Shown piece after piece: positions 1 through 10,013 of a stretch of 64,000 bases of DNA. The DNA comes from Amoebidium appalachense (taxonomy: Eukaryota; Protista; Ichthyosporea). The DNA lies in NCBI GenBank assembly GCA_963693365.1, contig CAVNZM010000001.1:12882418-12946417 (forward strand), in the 5' to 3' direction. The position numbers were made by a program, and so were the translations under genes. Position 1 is the stretch's first letter. Each line of letters opens with the position of its first letter. Below the pieces are notes generated by a model, which saw only the letters and a list, made by a program, of their open reading frames with translations, ran no database searches and was not told where the DNA came from.

Positions 1-17
1 CCATTAAGCTACACTAG
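1..17 (-). tRNA. 5' fragment of a tRNA cut by the window edge (resembles the 5' end of tRNA-Thr at 1742-1813)
   Basis: ccattaagctacactag matches the acceptor/D-arm start of the Thr gene; the anticodon lies outside the window. Confidence 0.55.
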
Positions 18-72
18 ATATGTTATCTCTTCTCCTAAAAGTTAGAGTGGTTAAAGTAATCTTAAGTTTGTA

Positions 73-146
73 AGTTGATAGTAGGACTTGAACCTACAAC
101 CTATTGATCCGTAGTCAACTATTCTATCCAATTGAACTATATCAAC
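73..146 (-). tRNA. trnR: tRNA-Arg(ACG), organellar type
   Basis: Acceptor GTTGATA/TATCAAC, anticodon arm GTTGA-CT ACG GA-TCAAT, GGTTCAAGTCC T-arm, no encoded CCA. Confidence 0.93.
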
Positions 147-157
147 TATTATTTGTA

Positions 158-229
158 TGCACCATAGTGGAATCGAACCACTATTATTGACATGAAAAAT
201 CAAGGTCCTAACCGTTAGACGAATGGTGC
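158..229 (-). tRNA. trnE: tRNA-Glu(TTC)
   Basis: Acceptor GCACCAT/ATGGTGC, arm TTGAT-TT TTC AT-GTCAA, GGTTCGATTCC T-arm. Confidence 0.93.
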
Positions 230-238
230 TAGAATATT

Positions 239-319
239 CGAAGAGAGTGAGACTTGAACTCACGAGCCCGAAGGCGTCAAATTAGCAATTTGAATGCTTT
301 ACCAAACAGCAATCTCTTC
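239..319 (-). tRNA. trnS: tRNA-Ser(GCT)
   Basis: Acceptor GAAGAGA/TCTCTTC, arm TCAAA-TT GCT AA-TTTGA, long variable arm. Confidence 0.92.
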
Positions 320-335
320 TGTACTCGAATGTAAG

Positions 336-409
336 AGTGTAAGAGTGGAATTGAACCACTAACCTTTGACGCCACAAATCAATGATCTAACCAATTGATC
401 TACTTACAC
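336..409 (-). tRNA. trnH: tRNA-His(GTG)
   Basis: Acceptor GTGTAAG/CTTACAC, arm TTGAT-TT GTG GC-GTCAA; no encoded G-1. Confidence 0.92.
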
Positions 410-537
410 TTGGTTATTTGGTACCTAGTCGTCACAATAACCAAGTTACACTTTGTTATTTGGTACCTAGTCGTCACAATAACCAAGTTACACTTTGTTA
501 TTTGGTACCTAATCGTCACAATAACCAAGTTACACTT
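403..537. repeat. 42-bp tandem repeat, 3 copies, each able to form a hairpin
   Basis: GGTACC at 420, 462 and 504; unit tttgttatttggtacctagtcgtcacaataaccaagttacac contains GTTATT/AATAAC inverted arms. Confidence 0.9.
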
Positions 538-559
538 GGATTTGTCTCAATATTAAGAA

Positions 560-642
560 TAGGATGAGAAGGATTTGAACCTTCGAACCTAAAAAGGATA
601 TCATTTACAGTGATACGCTATTGACCACTCAGCCATCATCCT
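560..642 (-). tRNA. trnY: tRNA-Tyr(GTA), long variable arm (bacterial/organellar class II), no intron
   Basis: Acceptor AGGATGA/TCATCCT, arm TATCA-CT GTA AA-TGATA. Confidence 0.93.
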
Positions 643-650
643 TCATACTC

Positions 651-733
651 TATCTCCGATGAGACTTGAACTCATAAGACTATTCGTCATTGCACCCTTA
701 ATACAACTCGTTTACCAATTTCGACACAGAGAT
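651..733 (-). tRNA. trnL: tRNA-Leu(AAG)
   Basis: Acceptor ATCTCTG/CGGAGAT, arm TTGTA-TT AAG GG-TGCAA, long variable arm, A73. Confidence 0.85.
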
Positions 734-755
734 CTCTTAATTAAGTACTCAAATT

Positions 756-829
756 AGTTGATAGTAGGACTTGAACCTACAACCAGTACATTAGAAGTGT
801 ACTGCTCTATCCTATTGAGCTATATCAAT
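756..829 (-). tRNA. trnR: tRNA-Arg(TCT), with an A1-C72 mismatch
   Basis: Arm GTACA-CT TCT AA-TGTAC; acceptor ATTGATA/TATCAAC. Confidence 0.9.
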
Positions 830-843
830 TACCTTTGGTGTAA

Positions 844-916
844 TAGGTATTGCAGGACTTGAACCTACAGCCGTAATCTTGTAAGGATTATGCTCTACCA
901 ATTGAGCTAAATACCT
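844..916 (-). tRNA. trnV: tRNA-Val(TAC)
   Basis: Acceptor AGGTATT/AATACCT, arm TAATC-CT TAC AA-GATTA. Confidence 0.93.
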
Positions 917-931
917 CGACTCTATTCGTAC

Positions 932-1004
932 CTCTTCAGATAGGACTCGAACCTATAACCCTTCGTTTAACAGACGAGTGATCTACCTATTGAACTACTG
1001 AAGA
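932..1004 (-). tRNA. trnN: tRNA-Asn(GTT)
   Basis: Acceptor TCTTCAG/CTGAAGA, arm TCGT-CT GTT AA-ACGA, G73. Confidence 0.92.
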
Positions 1005-1031
1005 TACTAATGTAACACATTCGACACTAGA

Positions 1032-1104
1032 TCAGAAAAATAGGACTTGAACCTATAACCTCTCGTTCCCAAAACGAGTGCTCGACCAATTGAGCTATTT
1101 TCTG
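1032..1104 (-). tRNA. trnP: tRNA-Pro(TGG)
   Basis: Acceptor CAGAAAA/TTTTCTG, arm CTCGT-TT TGG GA-ACGAG. Confidence 0.93.
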
Positions 1105-1152
1105 ACTCGACAACTTATTGTGGTATACTACTATGGATGGTTGTACATAAAT

Positions 1153-1235
1153 CGAAGAAGGCAGGATTCGAACCTACTACTCAACAATAGAGCGACTCTT
1201 TTCAAGAGAGCTTGCTTCCAGATCGCCTCTTCTTC
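1153..1235 (-). tRNA. trnS: tRNA-Ser(TGA)
   Basis: Acceptor GAAGAAG/CTTCTTC, arm GCTCT-CT TGA AA-AGAGT, long variable arm, G73. Confidence 0.9.
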
Positions 1236-1251
1236 GTCATATCTTGATAGT

Positions 1252-1324
1252 TGGACATAATAGGACTTGAACCTATAATCTTCTGTATGCAAAACAGATG
1301 CTATACCAATTAAGCTATATGCCC
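1252..1324 (-). tRNA. trnA: tRNA-Ala(TGC)
   Basis: Acceptor GGGCATA/TATGTCC with the G3-U70 alanine identity pair; arm TCTGT-TT TGC AT-ACAGA. Confidence 0.95.
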
Positions 1325-1330
1325 AGAACG

Positions 1331-1468
1331 TATCTCTGATGAGACTTGGTACCTACGGAAGCCTATGGAACTTTCGCGATGCTCCAACCCATAACAATTT
1401 CATTGGAAGTGGTCCTGCCGTGGTAACTCTGGACGTCCCAAATGCTCTACCAATTGAGCTACAGAGAT
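1331..1468 (-). pseudogene. trnG: Interrupted copy of tRNA-Gly(TCC) with insertions at 1349-1385 (37 bp) and 1412-1439 (28 bp)
   Basis: Removing both insertions restores a sequence identical to 1588-1660 except for one base. Confidence 0.88.
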
Positions 1469-1472
1469 AAGG

Positions 1473-1581
1473 TAGGTACGGAGAAGTTGGTACCTACGGA
1501 AATCTAAAGAACTTTCGTGGTGCTCCAACTATAATTATTGCAATTATTAGTTGCATGCTATAATAATTAAGTTATATGCTC
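1473..1581 (-). pseudogene. Degenerate chimeric tRNA (Ile-like 3' half and anticodon, Ala-like 5' half) with a 37-bp insertion at 1490-1526
   Basis: ttgcaattattagttgcatgct is shared with the Ile gene; atgctataataattaagttatatgctc resembles the Ala gene. Confidence 0.75.
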
Positions 1582-1587
1582 GTAACG

Positions 1588-1660
1588 TATCTCAGATGAG
1601 ACTTGAACCCATAACAATTTCATTGGAAGTGAAATGCTCTACCAATTGAGCTACAGAGAT
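1588..1660 (-). tRNA. trnG: tRNA-Gly(TCC), with a U6-U67 mismatch
   Basis: Arm TTTCA-CT TCC AA-TGAAA; acceptor ATCTCTG/CTGAGAT. Confidence 0.88.
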
Positions 1661-1664
1661 AAGG

Positions 1665-1737
1665 TAGGTACTGAAGGAGTTGAACCATCATCCTTGCAAT
1701 TATTAGTTGCATGCTTTGCCAATTAAGCTAAATACCT
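1665..1737 (-). tRNA. trnI: tRNA-Ile(AAT)
   Basis: Acceptor AGGTATT/AGTACCT, arm TGCAA-CT AAT AA-TTGCA; the same anticodon loop is in the duplicated pseudo-copy. Confidence 0.88.
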
Positions 1738-1741
1738 AGAG

Positions 1742-1813
1742 AGCTAGTAGTAGGACTTGAACCCACATTCTTCTGTTTACAAGACAGATGCTTCACCATT
1801 AAGCTACACTAGC
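1742..1813 (-). tRNA. trnT: tRNA-Thr(TGT)
   Basis: Acceptor GCTAGTG/TACTAGC, arm TCTGT-CT TGT AA-ACAGA. Confidence 0.93.
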
Positions 1814-1829
1814 AAGAGAATATTAGGAA

Positions 1830-1902
1830 AGTTGATAGTAGGATTTGAACCTACAACATTAGTATTTGCAATACTAAACTCTAACCATTGAGCTATATCA
1901 AC
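1830..1902 (-). tRNA. trnC: tRNA-Cys(GCA)
   Basis: Acceptor GTTGATA/TATCAAC, arm TAGTA-TT GCA AA-TACTA, U73. Confidence 0.92.
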
Positions 1903-1912
1903 GATTGGAGTG

Positions 1913-1985
1913 ATGAGAATGAAGGATTCGAACCTTCGGTTGTTACTACCAAAAAGTAATGCCTTACCAACTTGGCTAATTCTCA
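1913..1985 (-). tRNA. trnQ: tRNA-Gln(TTG)
   Basis: Acceptor TGAGAAT/ATTCTCA, arm TTACT-TT TTG GT-AGTAA. Confidence 0.93.
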
Positions 1986-1988
1986 GAG

Positions 1989-2061
1989 TGCTCATCCAAG
2001 GGCTTGAACCTAGAACCTCAGAATTTTCAATTCTGCGCTCAACCAATTGAGCTTTATGAGC
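1989..2061 (-). tRNA. trnF: tRNA-Phe(GAA)
   Basis: Acceptor begins GCTCAT/ATGAGC, arm CAGAA-TT GAA AA-TTCTG. Confidence 0.92.
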
Positions 2062-2079
2062 TAATGATAATTAAAAAAG

Positions 2080-2153
2080 TTGTAGAGGTAGGAGTCGAAC
2101 CTACAAGGAATTAGATCATGAGTCTAATGGATCAACCGTAATCCGTCTCTACA
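2080..2153 (-). tRNA. trnM: tRNA-Met(CAT), possibly initiator
   Basis: Acceptor TGTAGAG/CTCTACA, arm TTAGA-CT CAT GA-TCTAA; purine at position 11. Confidence 0.85.
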
Positions 2154-2222
2154 TTAAATAGAACTAGATTTACTACTGTTTGAAGAAATAAGTTGAATTA
2201 CAATTTAAGATTATTATAAAAT

Positions 2223-2259
2223 GGAGCACCGCGAAAGTTCCGTAGGCTTCCGTAGGTAC
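2223..2259 (-). repeat. Third, inverted copy of the 37-bp dispersed element found inside the pseudo-tRNAs
   Basis: Reverse complement gtacctacggaagcctacggaactttcgcggtgctcc versus 1349-1385 gtacctacggaagcctatggaactttcgcgatgctcc. Confidence 0.9.
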
Positions 2260-2675
2260 CCAATTTCTACTCTATTAAAATTACAAAATTGACGATTTTC
2301 CGGATTTTTGACATTTCGACATCTTCTGTATTTAGGATTTGTATTTTCATCTTATATAGTGACACAAGCTTAGACTAGAAGAAGAGAGGAGGGGGCGAGA
2401 AGAGATAACTAGACTGGGCCCCCCGAACTCCTCCCACACCTACCAACCCACCACACACACCACTTCCCCGTTTCCTCCTGATCAAACAGCCAAACCAACC
2501 AACCAAACATGGTGGTGCACGATGATGTAGTCTTGAAACCACGTAAAACCACGTAAGAAAGCTTCGTGTTAGGTGAGCAACATTTTAATCTTTCGGCACT
2601 TCCATATGTTGTCCCCCCCCCCCCCCCCCCCCCCCCCTCCCTCCCCTCCTCCCTCCCTTTCTCGCTTTACCACAG

Positions 2676-4097
<1,422 letters not shown>

Positions 4098-4901
4098 TTA
4101 AGGTACTGGATGCATGCCCTCCCCCCCCCGACCCACCCATTCCCGCCCGCCTGCCTGCCCCAACCTCCTAACCCCCCACCCCTCTCCATCCCTTCCCTCT
4201 TATCGCCACACTCATTCACTCACTCACTCACTCTCACCACTTAAATGAAAAAGACTACTCGAAGACACGATTCTAAAAACTCACACGTACACGTGTACAT
4301 GCGTCCCTCATCTTTTTACCTGGTCATATCACATCTTTTTTCCTTCCTCCTGCATCTGCTCGGATGCAGAGAGCGCGGTCCCCCGTACATGACACATATC
4401 CCTGTGTTTGTACGACTTATCAAAAAATGAGATATGCACCTAGTGCATGTGATAGGTCCATAGTGGAATGTTACCTCGTGCAGCAAATAAATACTGAGCC
4501 TTCTTCATAGAGGCAATAAAATAAAATAAAAGAACTTAATGCATACACCAGAAGGACGTGAGGCTATTAAGGGAATATGTCATTTACATGTGTCTATTAA
4601 GGAATATATCATTAACATGTGTGTTTCTTTGCAGAAACGATGACAGCGGTGCTCGAATTTACTTCCGGTACTCTACTGTGGCTTCTTCCGGACATCAAAT
4701 TAAACTGCAGCAATATTCTGGACCGCGAAGACCTATAGGTGATTTTATAGTATTTTCATACATGTGCATTGCTTCCTCACTTGTTGTTGGCATGCATGTT
4801 GGAGTTTCGATTACCTGCAGGTACACGGAGTAAGCCATATAACATTTGCCATACTGTAGATGGGTGTAACACCGTGATATGTACGTGTGTGTATGTATGT
4901 A

Positions 4902-4938
<37 letters not shown>

Positions 4939-6239
4939 GTACGTACGCACGGCTCCATGTTTTTATAGTAATAATAATAAAGCTCGAGGCCTGCGGCCTC
5001 GACGCCGGACAACTGGATATTGTCCCACATCAACCCCTTGATATCCGCCGCATTTAATTGGATGACCGACAACCCATATATAGCTATTTTCATGTCGATT
5101 CTACTGCAGAGAATTGGCCAATGGTTTTTATCAAATTGGCTAGCTATTTTTGGAAGCGCCGCTAACCAATCCGATCGGGCCCAAAACAAACCAGATTTGG
5201 TCGTACGGCCCCAGATTTTGGCGCACTATGACTGGGGGTTTACGCTGTTTACTCGAGGCAAATAGAAACCAGTCTCAGGTATGATGATACGATCAAATCT
5301 GTAGGGCGCTGGCAGTATGCCGGCGACAGCGTACGATCACATCTGGATATCTCAGATTTAACCAGCGCGCTTCGTCGCTTCCGTAATATTTCAGATTTCA
5401 TCTTTTGAAAATCACCTGGGTAGGAACCCTTTTTTTCCCAAAAGAAATTCTCTGTTTTTACTATATTTGAGCTTGAAAATATGTTTAGGAAAGAAAATAT
5501 GTTTAGGGGCAGGCGATTTCAAAAAACCCATCTGGACCTAGACCTGGCTGTTCACACGATCCAATGTACGATATGCTTGGGTCCCTTTTTTTAAAACTTA
5601 GCGTTATTTATTTATCTTTTTTATTATGATTAATTATTTTTTTTATTTGTTTTTTTTTTTTTATCCCGTTTTGTTCCCGGAGGTACCCCTAGGGGCCCTC
5701 AGGGGGAACTACCGTCTTCCACCCAGCGCCGACAGTACTCTAGCTAGGGTGCTACGATGCTATTAGCTAAAACTAACACACCTATAACAGTGCTAACTAT
5801 ATGTACACACTTTGCCCAGGGTATCAAGTTACTATCAACCCCAGCCACGCCGGTTAGCGTTACTTATCTATGCCGGTAGTAGCTGTTAGTCACGGGGGGA
5901 CGCTTTGTGGTGCTCGCTGCGCGAATGGACAGTGGCCTCTGTGTGTAGCCAATCAGCCGCGACCACTAGGCGCCAGGAATGCGGCAAGATCTCAGGGCTG
6001 TAAAAGTGACAACGCCAGAAGCTACCGCCAGCCTGCACGGAGTGTACGTTTACAGCTCGTTTTCAGTTTACAGAACCTCAGGTGTCTGCAGCTGCAGCAC
6101 TATGCCAGCGCACATGTGCAGTCATTCAGCCCCCGCCAGCACAGTGTTGGTGCAAGCCACGAGGCTCTGACGCAATAGCTACCCTCTCTGCTGCCGAGGT
6201 GCGGCCGTGGCCGGCAGGCAGCAGCAGCAGGGCGCCAGC

Positions 6240-6475
6240 ATGGAGGCTGAAGGTGGGCAGCCGCAGAGAGCTGGGGGGGCTGGGGCCTTGACTGAGCGCA
6301 GGGCGGCCCCAGGCCACCTGCTGCCGCACCCCACAGGCCGGCTGACGGGCCTGCTGGCGCTGGCGGCAGCAACCGCAACACTGGGCGCTACGTTCCAGGT
6401 AATAGGTACCTGCGCCAAAGTGTGTGTGTGTGTGTGTGTATGTGTGTGTGTGTGTGTGTGCGTGTGCGTGTGTGC

Positions 6476-6535
<60 letters not shown>

Positions 6536-7424
6536 GGTGGTTAGGGGGGGTTGGGGAGGGGGGCTGTTGACTGGTGCGCACGGGTTCAGCCTGGGCGAGC
6601 TCAACAACACCGTGCGCGTGCTGCAGCAGGCCTTTGGCTGCGTGGGTGACTGCGACACACCCTCGGCCAGCCTGTCGTGGGCCGTATCTGTGTGGGCCAT
6701 AGGAGGCATGCTGGGCGGCCTGGCAGGTGGCCTTGTGGCCGACAGACTGGGCCGCCGCCTGGGCCTGGCTGGGGCCGTGAGTTTGTGCATGCTGGGCTCA
6801 GGCCTGCAGGTGTGCAAGCACCCCGGAGGTGGGGAGGGGGTGCCTGGGAGGGGGAGGGCTGACCCGCACCTGCAGGTGGCGGCCACGGGCTGGGGCCTAT
6901 TTATGGCGGGCAGGGCCGTGTCTGGGTTTGGCGGGGGAGTGGGGACGATCATAGTGCCCATCTACCTGGCCGAAATAGCACCCACAAACCTGCGGGGGGC
7001 GCTGGGCACGCTCAACCAGCTGGCCATCACCTGCGGCATACTGGCGGCAGACACCCTGAGGTGGCTGCACCCACGGGGCAGGGCACGGGGTGGCGGCGGT
7101 GCTGACCGGGCAGGTCAGTGTGGACGCCGTGCTGCCGGCCGTGTTTGGAGATAGTGCCTGGAAGGTGGCTGGCTGGCTGTTGGGGGGGCAGGCAGCAGGC
7201 AGGCGCTAACGGGGGCACAGTGGCTGTTTGGGCTGGCACTGGCGCTGGCAGGGGCCGACCTGCTGCTGCTGCCGTTTTGCCCCGAGTCCCCGGCCTATCT
7301 GTTCAGCAGGGGGGACAAGGCCCAGGCTGCCCTGGTGCTGCGGGCCCTGAGGGGCACGGAGGACGTAGCAGAGGAGGTGGGCCGCCACAGTGTGATGGGG
7401 GGGGATGCAGGCACAGTCTGGTGT

Positions 7425-7455
<31 letters not shown>

Positions 7456-8685
7456 GGGGGGGGGGTATGCAGGCACAGTGGTGTGTGTGGGGGGTATGCA
7501 GGCACAGTGGTGTGTGGGGGGTATGCAGGCACAGTGGTGTGTGGGGGGGGTATGCAGGCACAGGCTGACGGGGTGGGGGGGCTGCAGCTGGCCGAGCTGC
7601 ACGAGGAGATGCACAGCAGCCGTTCGCGCAGCAGCCTGCCCTGGTCCGCCATGCTGCGCACCCCAGGCCTGCCCCTGCCTCTGGCCATCGGCCTGGGCCT
7701 GCAGGTTGCTTGCTGCTGGCCGGCGGGCAGGGGGAGGGGGAGGGGGGGAGGGGGGGTTCTAAAGACAGGGGCTGCAGGTGGGGCAGCAGCTGTCTGGCAT
7801 CAACAGCCTGTTCTTCTACTCGACCAGCATCCTGCAGGGCGCACACATAATCGACCCCACCCGGCCCCCACACACGCAGGAGCTAGCAAAGCAGGCAGCA
7901 CATCCTCCCCCCCCCCCCCTCCCCCCCCCAGCACGCAGCTCTTCTGAACGGGCCCACAGATGTCCAGTGCCGGGCTGGCGCTGGTTAACGTGGCGGCCAC
8001 GCTGGTGGCCGTGGGGCTGATGGACCGTGCTGGGCGGCGGCGGCTGCTGCTGGTGGGGTTCTACGGGCAGGCGCTGTGCTACGGCCTGCTGGCCCTGGCC
8101 CTGGCCCTGCCCCTGCACGGCGCCGGCTATCTAGCCCTGGCCGCCATGGTTGGTGCGTGTCCTCCCCCAGCCCCCAGCCCCCAGCCTTCTGGCGCTGACC
8201 GGCCACTGCAGGGGCCATCTTTGCATATGCGCTGGGCCCGGGACCCATCCCGTGGCTGCTGGGGGCCGAGATATTTCCCCTGCAGTGCCGTGAGAAGGCC
8301 ATGGCCGCAGCCACGGCCACGAACTGGCTCATGACCTTTGTTATTGGCCGCTTCTTTCCACCCCTCCACGTATATCCCCCCCCCCCCCCCCCCCCCCCCC
8401 CTCCCCCTGGGTGTGTGTGGTGGCTGATATGGGTGCAGGTGCTGCTGGGCCACTCCACGTTTGCGCTGTTTGCGGGGCTGTGTGTGCTCTTTGGCTGCGG
8501 CGTGCTTGTGGCCGTGCCCGAGACAAAAGGTGAGCCCCAGCTGCTCCCCTGGGGCCCACAGGGGCCGGGCTGACCTTGAAGGGGGGGCAGGCAAGACGGG
8601 GCAGGAGATCCACCAGCTGTTCCTGTGCCTGGGCGGGCACCCGGCAGAAGCCACGCCCCTGCTGGGGCCAGAGAGAGGGCAATAA
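6240..8685 (+). CDS. MFS sugar porter (GLUT/SLC2-like) transporter, multi-exon
   Basis: Motifs DRLGRR, PIYLAEIAP..LRGALGTLNQL, PFCPESP, QQLSGIN..FFY, DRAGRRRL, GPGPIPW..AEIFP, NW, VPETK|GKT; GT-AG introns with CTGAC/CTAAC branch points. Confidence 0.92.
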
Positions 8686-8723
8686 AGTTTATTACGACGG
8701 CACGTCCTGGTAGTCCGCATCGA

Positions 8724-8922
8724 TCACCCTTGGGGGGCGGGGCCGCACGTACACACGGTAGGGCCTGCCGGTGCGGTTCTCTATGACCTTGATGCTCTTG
8801 AGCACCGTGCCCTCCTCGTCCTTCTGCGGCGCCCGTCAGTGTACCTTTTTTTTTTTTTTTTTTTTTTGGTGGAGGGTGGAGGGGGGGGGGGGGGGGGGGG
8901 GAGGCTGAGTGGGGGCCAGGGG

Positions 8923-8956
<34 letters not shown>

Positions 8957-9972
8957 GACCTCTGCTTTGACAAAGGCGCGGCCGGAGCCCATGTTGCCCT
9001 GGACGGGGAAGACTATCTTGACCTGCGTGAAGCCGTCCACCGTGTGGTGCTCTATCTCCGTGCACGCCTGCCCAGTCGCCTGCTCGCCAATTATCCGCCG
9101 CGTATTGCCTGCAGCGCCCCCACACAGCGTCAAGGGAGGGTGTGCAGGGGGCCTTAGAGGTTTGGGGGGGCCACGTACCGTCCTTGCATATGGCCTGCAC
9201 GGCCAGGTCCTGCACCTCCTTCACAACCTCCTGTGCCACCCGTCAGCCCCCCACCCCGCTGTGCATAGTGCCTGCCCGTGTGCTGCTGCCCGTGTGTGCA
9301 CATGCTTGCATGCACCCAAGCGGCGAGGGTTGTGTGTTCATGTGCTTGTGTGTGGACATGCTTGTAAGCATATGCATACAAGTGTGCATAGCAATATGCT
9401 TGTGACCGTATGTGCTTGCTGGGGCTGTGTGTGCACCTGAGCGCTCTCGAAGGTTTTTGCGCTCGCCTGGAAGGCCGCATCCAGCAGTGCCGGCAGGCCA
9501 AACCCCTCTGCCCCGCCCATTAGCCCCCCTCCCCCCCAAAAAAACCAAAAAGGTGGGGGGAATGGCACGCACTGTGGCCCGGAGGGAAGACCGTGGTCAG
9601 CTGCTGCTGCAGCTGCTGCTGCCTCTGCACGTCGCTGGGCCGCACCCCCAGCGTGTTGATGGACTCCATCACCTTCTTGTGCTGCCCCTCAACCCCCTAA
9701 GCTACCTCCCCCCCCGCTTCCCCCTCCCCCCCAGCCCCCCAACCCACCTCCTGGTATATGGCCCGCATGGCCCCCAGCTCCTTGCGGTAGCGCAGCGCCA
9801 CCAGGCCCATGGCCCCCAGCCCCACCACCATCCCGCCTGCAGCAACCAGCGCCAGCGCCGGCACCAGCACGCAGCCAACACCCACCCCTGCACCCCCCCT
9901 TCATAGGCACCAGCACGCAGCCAACACCCACCCCCTGCGACCCCCTTCATAGTGTCTATGTATTGTGTTGTG

Positions 9973-10013
<41 letters not shown>

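Noticed and set aside
403-537. Possible CRISPR array (also considered for 55527-55724)
   Set aside because: Units are near-identical with no unique spacers; the second locus has short spacers; no cas genes; eukaryotic context
51-2046. Small ORFs at 51-263, 1078-1260 and 1804-2046
   Set aside because: They overlap well-formed tRNA genes
1-2153. Phage, giant-virus or cytosolic tRNA cluster
   Set aside because: No encoded CCA, intronless long-arm Tyr, a minimal U34 set and no viral genes nearby favour an organellar origin; not fully excluded
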